A DNA stretch of 64,000 nucleotides from Bigelowiella natans CCMP2755. Its lineage: Eukaryota; Protista; Cercozoa. Location of the stretch: positions 1-64,000 of the forward strand of contig ADNK01001083.1 of the NCBI GenBank assembly GCA_000320545.1, given 5' to 3'. Both the position numbers and the translations under genes were made by a program. The notes beneath the pieces were generated by a model. That model did not search any database, was not told where the DNA came from, and saw only the letters and a program-made list of their open reading frames with translations. This document shows, one piece after another, positions 14,602 to 29,237 of this stretch (position 1 is its first letter; each line of letters begins with the position of its first letter).

Positions 14602-15258
14602 ATGCTGCGCACTGCTACTTCTCGGCGGCATATATCGTGTGATTCAAAGTCCTCGACTCCCTTTACTACGAGACTATTATCGGGCGCTCTCATAGTCTCG
14701 CTGCTGTTCTTACTTGTGGGAGATCTTTGGGAAAAGAATGAAAATACAAGGTTCGTCAGGCTTGAACCAGACGGCGAGTGGATGGTATGTGGCTGCTTAG
14801 TTTGATCACTACATCATGAGTTTTCTATCTCCTTGGAACCATGAAAGATCTTTGAAAGAAATAGCCTTTTGCGCAAATGCTGATGCAAACCAAAGTCGAG
14901 ATTGTTGATAATATGTAATATGAGTTAGGAGGAGAATTTAGTTCTTTGTGTTTGTATGCCTCCAGAGCAATGCTGTCGGAGAATCAAATAGAAGGTTTCA
15001 TCGCTTAGCGCCTTCGGTTTCAAAAGTCTCCCTTTTCTGTGGAGGTAGGTGATGCTAATTTACCTCGCAAAACAGTAATTCGAAGTGGATTATACACGTA
15101 TAACACTTGTACTGATACAATGCGATACCGCATATATTATATCAACATTGTTAGGATTTCTTCTTTCGAGACTAGCAGGTACTAAATGAAACACAGATAA
15201 CACGTTGTTTGATGTCGGGGATCTTCATACACCACAGCAAATGCTAGACATCAAATAG

Positions 15259-15294
<36 letters not shown>

Positions 15295-16632
15295 GGATCA
15301 GGAGGTATCACAGAGTCTCCAACGCAAACACTTGCACTAGCGAGAAAAGCCTCTGCAGCATCGGCGAGTGATAGCCCCCAATCGAAGAAGAAAGATGATG
15401 CCAGTAAGCAGGCCAAACGGAAAGGGTATTGGCAAGAAAATCTCGTGTTTGTGCTTTTTTAAAAAGAAATAAAATGCGTGTGCAGGAGACCTAAGGGGAA
15501 GTCGAAAAAAAAGACGAAGCAAGAAGTCGCTACTGGTTAGTACCCGAAGAGGGGGGGATAGGGTGGGGGGTAGAAACATATACAAACAATATATACTTAC
15601 GTGTTCAGAAATTATAATATAATACACACACACATTATATGTATATTATTTATATATATATTGTATACAATTATTTATCCATGTACACATATGTCAGAGT
15701 TGAACCCTGAGGACGCATATGACCGTAAGTTATTTCCAGCAGCACGTTTCAAAAATCAACGATAATGAGAGTCTCCAAAACTAGCTTGAGATTATCCATG
15801 CAATTACTGCGAAAACTGCGTTTCGAACCACAATATTCGGCTATGTCAACTGTTCTCTCATCACTTCACTCAATATCTTCTAATCGAGTTGGTTTTACGA
15901 TTATTCTTGGTGCGAAATCAAAATTTGCTACCGCATAGTTGACGTACGTGTTGTTCGTGTTTGCGTGTTTGCGCGTTTGTGTGTCTGTTTTTGCGGTGTG
16001 ATTGTTATTATGTACTCCCAAAGCTGAAGAGATCCCAGAATCAGAGAAGATGCCGGTGACGATCATTACAGGGTTTCTTGGGTCAGGTTAGAATATGATG
16101 GAAATATACTATTTTAAGAGATAATGCAACGGTGTTTGTCCGATTTCCTTGGCGATTACATCGATCCCTCCCCCCCCCTCCCCTTCTCATCGTAGGAAAG
16201 ACTACGATGATAAACTATGTTTTGTCGGTGAAACATGGACGTAAGATCGCCGTGGTTGAGAATGAGTTTGGAGAGGTGAGGAGACGGATAGATCCTTACA
16301 CACGCACAAAATCCATAGGTTTGATCATGGCCAAGTGGTGCAAAACCAAGCAACCACAATGATTTATTGAGTTGGAAATTCAATATTTCCTTTTGCCATC
16401 GTTATGCGATTAGTCATTTGTATCACACGTCGCGTTGATGACGAACAACGACTGAATGTGTGAACAATGCAAATCTTCACAGGTTTCGATTGATGACGCA
16501 TTAGTAGCGCAGCAACTCACTACCAACGAGACGATTTTGACCATGGACAATGGGTGAGCGTTCATCCATACATGCGATGTTAGCTTTTAAAAATGAAATC
16601 AATAAGTCTCATCTTAGCCGACCTGCGCGCGC

Positions 16633-16666
<34 letters not shown>

Positions 16667-17512
16667 CAAACGAGATAAGACACATTATTCAGAAAATTAA
16701 GATAATTTCCAACGATTTACATTGCAGACAGCGTCATTATACCCACCTCTTCTTACTACAGTATGTTGTGTTATTATGCATTTGCAAGATGCGTTTGCTG
16801 CCAGCTGCGTGGTGATTTGGTGGATGGTTTTCGAAATCTTGCACTTGCAGACGTCGAGTAAGTGTTTGGTGATGATGATGATGATGACGAAGATGATGAT
16901 AATGATGATGCGAGCCTCTTCCCAATGAATGCAATACAAAGACCTCAAGATGTTTCTATACAGGGTTTCTCGTACGGTTTTCCTATTTTTTGGTTCACCA
17001 TTTAAGCATCCATGACTCCTGTAAAGACATGTATGCGCATTTGCATCGATTTTATCTCGCCAATAAATGCTGAAAGAATTGACTTCCAATACCATTCGTG
17101 CTCTGCCTATATTTAGCTACGACAATATCATTCTCGAGACAACTGGATTAGCGGGTTATTTAATGGGCTTTGAATGAATGCCAACGTGCTTTTGTTTTAG
17201 TAAAAACGTCCTGTGAGATGATTCCTCCTCTACTTCTCATTGCACATACGCAAATAATGATCTCGTAGACCCAGTCCCTGTGGCGTTCACCTTCAATCAA
17301 CCACCTTTGTCGGAAATATACCGGTAGGCTCAGCGTTCTGTCCCAATAATAACGACGAATTGTTATCGTGCCATCGTATCTGACAAACGGTTTCACACTA
17401 CCAGAATTGACGGCATTGTAACTCTAGTGGACGCATCACATGCATTGGTGCGTAAATCAATTGTTAAGAAATCTCTTCTTAGAATGTTTTCCCTTCTTTT
17501 TATGCAATCTGT

Positions 17513-17553
<41 letters not shown>

Positions 17554-17844
17554 CATGTATGGCATTGAAGGGTTCCCTAAAATTCGATTTGAAAGGGGGA
17601 AGGGGAGGGGGGGACATCGAAGCTGGTGGTCAATTGGCTAAATCTTGCCTGTTTTTGTTATGCAAGCTACATACTAGAGAAAAACCGAAAAATGGCAGCG
17701 TAAACGCAGCGGTAAGGCTATTCTTCAATCATGTTATGCATATCAATGATATTGATGGACAAATCGATTCTACGATGTATGGCATCGTTATTTGATTCTT
17801 CAAGGGTAGTACTACTCTCTTGTTGAATTCTATTGACTTTGGTA

Positions 17845-17883
<39 letters not shown>

Positions 17884-18001
17884 CAGGTCCAACAAATTGC
17901 ATTCGCAGATCGAATAGTATTAAACAAGCTAGATTTGGTCAATTCCACACAGCTCAAGGAGGTGTGAATCGTTCGCAAATAAATGCATATGCGTAAATAT
18001 A

Positions 18002-18042
<41 letters not shown>

Positions 18043-20582
18043 ATAATATTATAGAAATGTTGAAAAAATAAGTATACACATATATGTGGCGTCTCTGTCC
18101 GTGTGTTTCATTAGATTTTGTTATTTGATACAAACGTACAAGCACCCATCGTTCTCACCAAATTTCTCGTTTTCCCCCCAGGTTATATCGGAGATTCGTT
18201 CCATTAACAAGTTTGCCCCAATCATCAGAACCAGTAGTCGCCTTACCTAGCCGCACAGACTCTCGATGGAAATGAAATGATTGAAATGCTGAATGAATTG
18301 CACGCCAACGCATATGAAGGAATGCACGATCTTCGAGGATAGTAGTGTGACGTTGCGGGAGGAGAAAGAGATTTGAGAAATCATACATGTAACTGATCAT
18401 GAACCCAAAACGGCCTGTGTTTACTTTCCTCTTCCGCAGATAACAGTGTGGTGGAGCTGGATAAGATTCTTAACATCTCGGCCTTTTCCATAGAGAAGGT
18501 CATCAGGATCCGAAGTGCAGCTTCCTTTTTAACGTGACACGTCCTGCACGTATTTGCGTGTGTGCATGCCCATGCCCAGGCTGCTACACGTCGAGAGGCA
18601 ATAGGCACGAATGGTTGCTAACGTGACGATTGCTTGTGTTTTGTTCTCAAAGGCTTTCGAAATTGACCCGAGTCTGATCGATGATTTCAATGAAATGAAG
18701 AACTCTTCCTCGCAGTGCGTAGAATTTCAATGATCTTTGTGTGGCTGAGCGCCATTTGAGGAATGCAATACCTATTTGCCCATATTTCGGATGAACACTC
18801 GCTCTGCGGTGTATCGACAGAAAACATTCTTCACGTAGATAGTTGCATTTCGATTGCATAGTACAAAATCAAGTTCAAAACATCGGCAGTACATCTGAGA
18901 TAATAATGCAATTTACACAAGAGACATTGTTGTCGTTTTGTTCCCGCAAGGTTGAGAATCATGTTTGTTGAATGGATATGGCCCTCCTTTCTGTTTGTTT
19001 CCTTGTGGTTGTGGTGCGAATATCGAGCAGCGGTCATGACGAAGATCGCCATACGGATGATGAGCACGAAAATAACCACCACCATTCCAATTCCTCTGAC
19101 TCGAAACATCATCATCATGATCATCATCATCATGATCATGATCATCATGATCACGGTAGAATATACATGTATATAAATATATATATTAATATATATATAC
19201 ATATATACATGTATGGATTCCCAAAATCCTTCGGATCTTGAGCTCCTTTGTTGTTATAAGCATGGGCCGATTGATGTAACCATTGTGTTGTATGATACGT
19301 ATGCAGGAGGGGTGAAAAGCAAACATGACTTGTCAGGCGTTGGGTAGGCTCACCACCTTTCAAATCGAACAACTACACAGCGCACCATCAATCGTCATCA
19401 TCATCATCATAGCATCATCCTCACCATCATCACCACTATCGTTAGTGTTGCCCCATTTGTCTCCTACAACCTATTCCAATGCACGATTTTTATGGGATCT
19501 GTTATTGTCCTGTAAAAAATATACCAAAAGCTCTTACGGTTTCAAGTTTGAAGGCGAGTTATCAATGGATAGGTTGGTGGACACCGAACCCTTTTCATGC
19601 CGCATGATCGCGTATTGCTCATTCTTCCTCTTCCCTTCGCAGATTGAATCACTTCATGACGTCGCTTCTGAGGGTGATATTAAATGCTGGAAGTTTTGCC
19701 CATATCTATCAATTTGTTTGTTTACTTCTTCAATACCATCCTTGTCATGCATTTTTCATTTTATCTCGACGTCCTCAGTTGCGAGCGCAGGATCTTTTCC
19801 GCACGAAAGGCGTCCTGAACGTTGCAGGTGGGTGGTGTCCGCGTGGAGGCTCTCGAATACCGATTCCTCCAGGAGGAATATACTAATGAACCTACCTTTA
19901 GACTTCTCGCATCATCCTTTTCGCTCTTCAAATGAGTACAGAACTCGTTTAAAACTGTGCGCTTCTTTCTCTTGTCAGGGCCTCCAGAGATGCAGAAGTT
20001 CGTGTTCCAAGGTAGTACCATACAGCGCCCCTTGCTCACTGTGTTTGTGTGGTTGGCTAGTCGGGCAAAGCTCCCCTGTGATCATTGCTTCATCGCCTGA
20101 ATATTTTTTAAGGCGTCCACGAGCAAATCCAGTTAGGCCCTGCGATAAAGCAATGGGGGTAATAGTACAAAATCTGCGGTTTAAGACAAAATACTTGCAG
20201 CTAATCGAGAGCAGACCTCGCGACCATAGAGAATGATTTTTAGATTCATAAATAGTAACGGTAGCGTGGCGCTGGCCGCAGCTTTTGTTGAAGAATATGT
20301 GCTCTTTTGCAGAGAAAATGAGAAGCGGATCAACAAATTCGTGTTTATTGGCCAAAACCTACCACCGAGAGATTATCTGCTCAAAAAACTCAAAGAATGC
20401 TCCGCGACAAGCGATATCGGGGGTAACATCATACCTGTTTTCGCGTAAAATTGATGGAATAGCACTTCTTCATGAAGCTTTAATTCTTTGGTAATAATTC
20501 GGCGTTTTTGACGTTTTCAGGCAGTTATTTTCCCGTGTATAACCCCGAGGATCACGAGAAGGGGCAGCACGACGATCACTGA
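14602..20582 (+). CDS. COG0523/CobW-family (G3E) P-loop GTPase metallochaperone, ZNG1-like, with His-rich insert and N-terminal leader
   Basis: Exons encode PVTIITGFLGSGKTT (Walker A), KIAVVENEFGE, MDNGCVCCQLRGDL (GCxCC), IILETTGLADP, QQIAFADRIVLNKLD, a His/Asp-rich exon (~19030-19155) and the CobW_C region (DLFRTKGVLNVA, FVFQGVHE, NKFVFIGQNL). Stop TGA at 20580-20582. Confidence 0.95.
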
Positions 20583-21510
20583 GAGTCATTTCAGCGGCAA
20601 TCATTGCCTCTACCAGCGAATAACTTGGTAAAGGATGGCGGATGATGATGATGGTGTCGGCAATTGGCGAGGGGTAGCCTTGCCTGTATGACTATAGGCA
20701 TATAGCATATGTGTTTATTGTTATGGTCGTGATAATGTAGAAAGTTTCAACGGAGTGTATACATAGTTTGATGATTGTAAGTCTTGAATGGTCTATCGTC
20801 ATGTGGAAATGACCGATAATCTCTCTAGCTTTGTGTAGCGAGGCAACAAGCTCTTTGTGTACATTCGTTGCTGCATGCAATGGTCGATGATATAGCGTAG
20901 CTTAGATATGTGATACGTATCTAGGTGTCCCATTCATAGCATATTGCGCGGTGTATGCATGTGACGTACTGCTGGAGCATCCAGAGCACAGTGTCTTTAG
21001 ATGCAGCTGCATCGCTCTTTGGGTGCTCTCAGCATGTCTAATCGCGCAACAATGCAGAGCACGTCATCATCTATTTGCTCGCATGGTATAAGAAGCTAAA
21101 CTTTAGCAATAAAGTACACTGCATGTTTACAATCTCGAGCTTGTTATAAGCGGGTTTGTTCATTATTTATTATTTATTTTAATCAGCTATTGCAATCATG
21201 CGTGTTTATTTATTAGAATTATAATGCCACAGGCACATACTATTATGCATGCATGCAATGTGACATAATGTAGAGTAGTAGTCCGATTCTCCGATTTAAA
21301 ATCGTCATTGTACATGCTAGCATGTGCGATTATAGCTGATTTCAACACATGAGAGAACAGTTCAATAAACAAACTGCATGTTCTTGCATCTTCAGATAAA
21401 AACGGCATAATTTCTATAATGCAGCTGCTGAGAGCATGACGCACATTAAATACTTGATCTTGATCTAAGCACAATCTTCATATAGCAAAAGCAGAATTAC
21501 TCGAATCCTC

Positions 21511-23522
21511 TCATGCTGGGCGTCTACGTTGATTAGTCTTCAAATGAAGTTCCTTCTTTAATCAGGTGCTACTACTTCCTTTTTCTGGTACAATATCAGT
21601 TTTCCTAAAAACCTTCTTTCGAACAAAGCTCTTTCGTAGAGCATTCGGCCTTCTCAGATCTTGGAATACCTGTTTGCAGCGACGCCATCAGATATGCATG
21701 GAAACGAAAATAATATAGGTCATATTATACATAAATAAACGTGACAGTCACATGTTCCCGCAATTTATGATAAAATTCTTGTGTGCTACAAATTTAGTGC
21801 GGAGTGGCGCGTCTACCGTTGGTGGATTGTTGATGTACGCCTGATATCGTTCCTTCTGCGCGGCTGTACGAGCTACTTGATTGTACCTAACAAAAATGAA
21901 GCACCAATAAAATATCAGTACCTTGGAGCTGTCCTTCGAGACCGAACTCGCAGCAGGTATAGCGACTCACTACCACTTCTTCCTCAGCCTTTTCTTTGTG
22001 GATGCTGGGAAATCGCCAACCATTTCCGGTGCCATGATAAACAGCTTCTGAATGACAAGCGCCGTCGCCTGTCCGGTGATAGATTGAGGAGGGAAAACAT
22101 GGTCATGGAACCCATCCACCCCTCACCAACACCGCATGGTTGCTTATGAAAATAATTACAATATGTATCAACACACAGGGTACACAACAATCGAGTAGAA
22201 ACAGCCACGGTATAGCGTGGAATGCTACTGTGAAGTATGTGTAAATATAATGTGCGTGTGTTGTCGTTACCACAGATAGATTCAACGAATCTGCAAAGCC
22301 ATGCATTGGTAAGTAGACCCGAAGATCCGCCGCTTTCAACATCTCCTCCCTACCACCACATCACCTGATTAGAATGGCCTTCTGCTCGTTCATTTGTTTA
22401 AGAAGTGGAGACTTACGAAACTCCATCCGTTTCCCGTCCGATGACAAGCGCAAACCTTGCAGGGACCTTCAGAATACATCCAACATTTTACACGAAAATC
22501 GTATTGGTATATGCGTGGAATATGCAGCAAGGGGCTCTGCAGGACTCTGCAGAGACAACGTCCAACAACTGACTCTGCGCAAAGACAAGAATTGCATCGA
22601 ACGAATTTGTTGATATAGTCCAAGATTTCTAATCTCTATTTGACAATGCAAGTGAAGGCGATACCTTAATACTGCTATTGTAATCTAGTGCTTTTGCTTC
22701 TTGGCTAAGGTCGGTCACCCACAGCTTCCTCCCGTCCTCCCTAACGTACTAATGTCATAAGAAGGACTACCAACGAAAGCGAAGATAACGGCGATTTTCG
22801 TTCGGGGACACGGCTATATCTCAGAATCACGGGACCAAAAAATGGCAGATATTCTTCATGTCTGGCAATAGACTGATTCCGCGGAATCAGTCTTACTTGT
22901 ACGATGATCGATGAGTGTAGTATGGGGCGGCTACTTTAGCTACTTCTTGCGATCGCAGTAGTACCTTACTGCTGTGATTGCGTCCTGGGTGCTCTTGAAG
23001 TGCCGCACAGTTAACCACATCGGGGCTGATCTTGCTATTTTGCTATACCTGAGTATTTAATCACAACAACAACTGATGCGTGCTACAACACCGCCTACCC
23101 AAACTCACATATTTGAGATTGAACACTGAATGCTTGCATACAGACATGTCCCACTACTTGCAGAGTTGTCATCATCTTCATCATCATCAGCAGCAGCAGC
23201 GCGTATTGTTATATAGCTACTTAGCTAATTGTCAGTACTCTCGAGAAGACTCGATGTTGTGGAACGCTGATTCCACGTTTTGATAGAATTCCTTCTTGTT
23301 AGGGTTTATTCTCGGAGCATCGACAAACCTGCAGCACGAGCGAGTACGAGGTAGAGAGTAGTAATCGAGGGAGGGGGATTATGATACTGATGATGATGAT
23401 GATGATGACGATGATGATGGCGATGATGAAAATAAAATTTATGGTATGTATTTTGGTTTTAATACACATCACCATTTATACGTCGTACATGTATATGAGG
23501 TGAAATCTCAAAAACAATCAAG

Positions 23523-23553
<31 letters not shown>

Positions 23554-25267
23554 GGTAGTTAGCTTTGCCCTGCTGCTATTACCAAACATGCTGAATTCCT
23601 GTTAAAGGTGGAGGGGGGCGGGAGAGAACAAGACAAGGATATAAGCATCCAAAAGCTACAATCATCACTCAATTTCACATCGATATTACAGATATACCAA
23701 TAACAAATATCAAGAAAGCCTATTCTTGGAACTAGCTTGCAGCATGATGGTGGACTCCGCATTGACAGAACGACGGCATTTTTTCAACTGCATACACAGC
23801 ACAGCAGATCACATTCGCTACACACCAAAAGCTTCCGCGGTTCGTAAGCACGCAAACTGATTATGAGGGTCGTAGGACTTCTCTATCAGCAGAATGATTC
23901 GATCGGTCCTCCTCTTCATAAACCGACACACCAAAGATCAGCAGCCAAATGAGAAATGAGACAAGTAAGACTAACTTAGTTTACTATTTTCGCATATTTC
24001 TTCCTCATGTACATGGCATGCAAAACAGTGATCTGTTCGTATTTAACACCTGGAGAACTGTCTCGACTCGTCGTATTCTCCTCGGGACGCCATCGGCATC
24101 TTTACCCAGATCAAATCCAGCCGTTTTACCATCATTTGCGTCTCCTAGAGGCAGAAAACAATCAAAAATTGCATTAAGAAAACAACATCAAATCGATTTA
24201 GGAATAGCACACTCTATTATTCGAAACATGATATCATTCTTGTCTTTGAAATGTCTGAATGACGAGAACGTTTTGGTGGCGGTAATACCTGTTGTCGTCT
24301 TATGAGCCAATCCGCAATCTTCATGTTTTGCAGCAATCGCAGAGCCTTGTTATTGATATCGTGTGAACATACACGATGATGATACAATTGGAAGAAAAGC
24401 ACAGCACGTTGAAGACGTTACTTGTATCATTGCTAGTAATGATGATGGTAATCGTAATGATACTAACGGTAATAATAATGTTATAGCTTACTTTTTTCAG
24501 TATCTAACGTCTTTGCATTAGATTCATTTTGATTCTGGAATATTTCGCTGTAGTTTTTAGCTTCTTGTTCGATAAGTTTCCGCATTTTCTCTCGCTTTAC
24601 CATCTCGCGACGGTGACGCTTGCCTTTGAGATGTACCAAATATTGCTTTTCGCTGCGTACGGCCACCGCATGACGGATCCAGTGATGAGAAGAGAATGAA
24701 GAGAATGAAGAAGAAGCGCCATCGGAACCGATTTAAAATCAACGAACAATCAGAGCTAGTTTGTAACATATATTTATGTTTTTCGCTCAACCTTCCGAGA
24801 ACCATGCCACAAGCGCACTGTCGCACCCCCCCCAATTTTTTCTTTTTCAGAATCTTTCGACGAGCTGCCGTTTGCCGCGCTCCTGTTCCATCGACGTAGC
24901 CGCTTATATAGCCGACTACGAAACTGAGGGGGAGGAGGAGTTGATCATTCTAGGCAATACTGCTGCGGTAACGAACGTTCCAATACGTTGAGTGTACATA
25001 CATCTGTGTTTTTAATTAGGGTGTTTCTGGAAAATGTGTGTAGATCACCGCCCCCCTGTCGACGCCGCCAGCACACAGCCGACAGCTAATCCAGCTCCGA
25101 ACCCTTTTTTAGTTCATACAGAGAGGAGAGGTGATAAAGGGCGGAGGAGGCGGGAATACCAGGTCATATGCGCATTTATGTGTAGTGGTAGTCGCATCAT
25201 CATTATTCAATGTCTACGATACCCGTAATTCCCTTAGCATATGCGGAGAAGCTGCCGGGGAGATCAT
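21511..25267 (-). CDS. SpoU/TrmH-family SPOUT 2'-O-ribose RNA methyltransferase with N-terminal C2H2-type zinc finger
   Basis: Exons: RRIRRVETVLQ/RRTDRIILLIEKSYDPHNQFACLRTAEAFG, IARSAPMWLTVRHF, LVIGRETDGVS, LKAADLRVYLPMHGFADSLNLSVATA (SpoU motifs 1-3). Upstream CACGMVLGSEKQYLVHLKGKRH. Both termini approximate. Confidence 0.88.
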
Positions 25268-25567
25268 GTTGCTGCAGCCTTGAGGAGGGGTTCCCCATCG
25301 CTTTCGGAATGACAAAGGGGGTAATATTCAGACACAAATAACACACAGAATAATGTTGTGAAAAGGGGATTTTCCTTCTACGACTGGGTTTCTAGCGATT
25401 CCTAGGCTAAGTACTCCGTGTAACATCTACACATTTTGTAAAATGCATTTTTAAATGTCTTTTATCTTCAAGCGACAAATAATATTCAAGTCGTAGATAT
25501 ATATCGGGAGCTAAATGTTTAATTTTTAGGTTCCGAAGTCACAGCTCTTATCGCGCTTTTGGGATTG

Positions 25568-26308
25568 ATGCGGTTTGCTGCTGCCCCCCTCTCGTCGGCC
25601 CTCCTCTTCTTGGCTGCCACATTGCTACCGGCCCAAGCAAGAACTACTAGGTATTGAGAATTTAAGCGAATCCCCTTGAGGGTGCGTTTGTGTTGCACGT
25701 TCAGTATGTATGCCTTCATTCTTTCGCATGATTATTCGGATTGGGTGCTCCCTCCCTGTCAAAATTACCATAGACCCATCCTCTTCGGCCCTTCCGGACG
25801 AATATCTAGAGCAAGAACCAAGTCGGTTTCATGTAGTGCAGAATCTTCTTCGAGGTTGGCTTCCCGTAGATCTTCGCTTGGGGGTATGCCCATATTTCTG
25901 ATCGTTAAGCATGTGATTTGATGTTTGCCGACATGTAGTCACGCTTTGCAACAACACTAGGGAGGGGCACACTCGCATCACATAAAACAATAGTAATCTT
26001 TGGGACAACACGCATGTTCAATTGGTTCGTATCAGTCTCTATATGAATTTTTATTCAAAAATTCAACTTACAACGAAAAGGCCTGGTTGGTTCGACTGCT
26101 CTCCTCTTCGGGTTAAAGGATAGACTTGCAGCAGCAGATGATGCTTCAACTGAATTAAGGTAGTTACAGTTGCACTCCGTAGCCTTTTGGGGGGAGAGTT
26201 TCAATACTCCTTGGAATAAAACCAAATAAAAAGGTTTCTTCTACCCAGAGGCCCGCATGATTACATGCATCTCCTTTTTCCTTCCTCTTGCTATGAGAGA
26301 GAGGGAGG

Positions 26309-26366
<58 letters not shown>

Positions 26367-27621
26367 GAGAACCTGGCACTGATAGTTTCTTGCCCTTAAT
26401 CGATTTCAGCGCAAATAGCGACAAATTTGTAACGTTCTCGAGTGGAAAGCCAGCTCCAGTGTTATGCACACAGGTCAGCCGATCGACATAATATATAATA
26501 TATCTGAAGAAGGATGAAGTACTGTATGCTTGCAACCTAGTGCTCTTTTGAGATCTGGGAGTAGTCCAATTTACTTTAGCGTTTCCAGCGCCAAGAGCGG
26601 TTATTCTTGATGTGTTGCTACTTGTTTGAAAAGGCAAAGGAGGGCATGAAGAAGAGGCGTGGAATCATTGACGTTTCAGACACATCGGTAAGCACGTAGT
26701 AGTCACATACTGCGTGATGATGAAAATATGGCGTTGCTAGTATATGATAGACAACACACGAATAGTCTCACTAAACATCTTCATCTTTGTTTGCGTGTAT
26801 TGCCAGATCTTCGAGCGAACTGAGTGCAGCCTTGGCGGGTGAGAGCCATACTTGAGAATGTTGAATCAATGCCAACAGACAAAGATCATTTTTGCCTTAC
26901 GAAGAGTCCTCATTCCCCATACGATTCTTCTGTTGGTTTGCTTAAATAGATACGTTACGAAAACGCCGTATACACTCAAAGCACCAGAGTACTTTGAGCC
27001 TTTGACCGGCTATTTCAACGGTAAGATGATGGCTAAGGCCTCCATTGTGTAATAATTCGTCGCATTGTCATGCATCATTTAAGCAGAAGCGTAGTGCTGG
27101 CCTCAAAGGCCAAACACTCCTTCTCCCGGAAGATTCCTAAATCTAAAAACACAACTCACACGGACAATGCCATTCTTTCTTCCCTTGAGAACGCCTTGAC
27201 CTATGTGCAACCTTATGGATAGTTTCACGCAAAATAACGCCGTCCATTGCTGCTTTACTTTATGCGGAATGAATAAGGCGGACCTGATCCAGCAGGGTTT
27301 CTCGATATGCGACTTGAAACGGCTGCTTTTGGAGGGTGAGTAGTAGCAGCAGAATAAAGCATGGTGTGTGGAAGTGAGGAGGAAGAGGAGGAGGAGGAGG
27401 AGGAGAGGCTGATGTTTACGTTGCTAAGACTTTAAAATGAATATATGGAGGGGATTGAAAGATTAGAAGTTGTCTTGTCGTTCGTCGTCGTTATCGTGGT
27501 AGATATTGCATAGATCTCATAGCAAAAGACAGCATCAGTTTATCGTATAATGGGCGATGAAAATGATGATGATGATGATGATGATGATAATCGCTTCTGT
27601 GTATCAAGAGCCCCTTCCCCC

Positions 27622-27676
<55 letters not shown>

Positions 27677-27893
27677 CCTCTCCTCTTCTCCTCCTCCTTT
27701 TCTCCTTCGTCTTTCAGAAATTCATCCGTTACTGTCTATGTGCGGGATTACTATTTCAAGAGGTGGGGGTGGGGGGGCATCTGCAACAACTAGATAAACA
27801 GTTTCTTTTCCCTCTTCTTCTTCTTTCTCTTCCCCCCCCCCTCCCCCTCCTCTCTCTCTCTTTCGCTCGCCCGCTCTCTCCTCTTTCTCCATC

Positions 27894-27934
<41 letters not shown>

Positions 27935-28447
27935 TTCCTTCTCTTTTTCTCCTCTCCCCCTCCATTATGTAGAGACCGACCTGTCACTATCGTTGTTAGT
28001 GATGGGAAAACACCTGACCGCAAGAACTACCCATGGATAGGAAAGAGCTCTATTACAGAGCTTGGTTAGTGAACCAACCCCCGCAGTGCCAGTAGTAGTT
28101 AGTTGTTAGTAGTTTGTACTAGTAGTACTAGGAGGGGGAGGAGAAGGAGGAGGAGGAGGAGGAGGAGAAGGTCATGTGTGGATTTAACTAGCCCTCTTAT
28201 GGTAATGCATTTCTCGCCTCTTTAACGATCTTCTACGGATATGGTGTGCAAAGACAATCGGCGCGTCTTTTCTTCCTTCTAATTCTTTGCTGCTGGTGAT
28301 GGATGAATGATGTTGTGGGGGTGGCTGCTCAGGCAATCCTGAAGAATTTCTCAAAGTCTTTGCACCGCAGCTCTCGGTTTCGGAGAAGGCAATTCATACC
28401 ATTACACGGATATTGTTGTTGATGATGTTCTTTTACTTTATACGAAT

Positions 28448-28487
<40 letters not shown>

Positions 28488-29237
28488 TTTGAAGTTGTAT
28501 TGCCCTTAATCTTCTTTAGTTCGTTTCAAGTGAGGAGATCGATGGTGTCACCTACTATAGGTAATCAACGACAAGGATCTCATTATTTATTTCATTTCTA
28601 AAGCATTTCAATGCACATTTTGAATTGTCAATTAGCAAATAATACAGAAAGCTATCATCCTCATTTTCCATTCCTCTCTTCAATCGCAATCATATTAACA
28701 GATATCTTCTCTACAAACAAGCTGCAAACTACAACAATAGAAAAGGTAACATTCTGAATTTACCACCGTACATTTTTAAGAAAATACATGCAGAGAGTGA
28801 ATCCGCTCATGGTATTATTCGTTTTGCGTTGGGTCTGTTTGCTACACCGCCAACCACAGTGATATCCGCCGCCGTGTACAATGGAGACTTGGTTACCTGC
28901 GTTGGTAATAGCGTGCTAGAGTTATGCGTGGATCCTGCTGCTAATCCATTGCGATCCGAAATTCATGCGAAATACCTCGATAATATTTGTCTCAAATTAC
29001 TGCCGTGTTGCTTTCCGGAATCCCTCTCGTCATCATGACTTCCAATGACTGTTTACTCACAATCGTTGTCCTTGCTCATGCCTTTTCTGGAGATTAGTAT
29101 ATATCTTCACCTTCTCTGCTATACCCGTGAGAGTCGTCCATAATCGTTGCTTGACGTCAGGTTTGGCAAGCGAAGCGAATTGGGAAAAGGCCAAGCCTGT
29201 CCTCCTAGAGGTTGTGAACTCCTTCCGTGTTGGATAG
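25568..29237 (+). CDS. PsbP-domain thylakoid lumen protein with signal peptide and lumen-type leader
   Basis: Signal peptide MRFAAAPLSSALLFLAATLLPAQA; hydrophobic segment ending LAAA. PsbP-like motifs KSSITELGNPEEFLK, VISAAVYNGDLYIF and ANWEKAKPVLLEVVNSFRVG*. Stop TAG at 29235-29237. Some internal junctions unresolved. Confidence 0.8.

Noticed and set aside
18476-18490. TCTCGGCCTTTT, matching the U2 snRNA 5' end
   Set aside because: Lies inside a CobW exon and the rest of U2 is absent.
4586-29237. SOUL + CobW + PsbP as a functional plastid metal/heme cluster
   Set aside because: Interleaved with unrelated genes; plastid-targeted genes are common enough for this to be chance.
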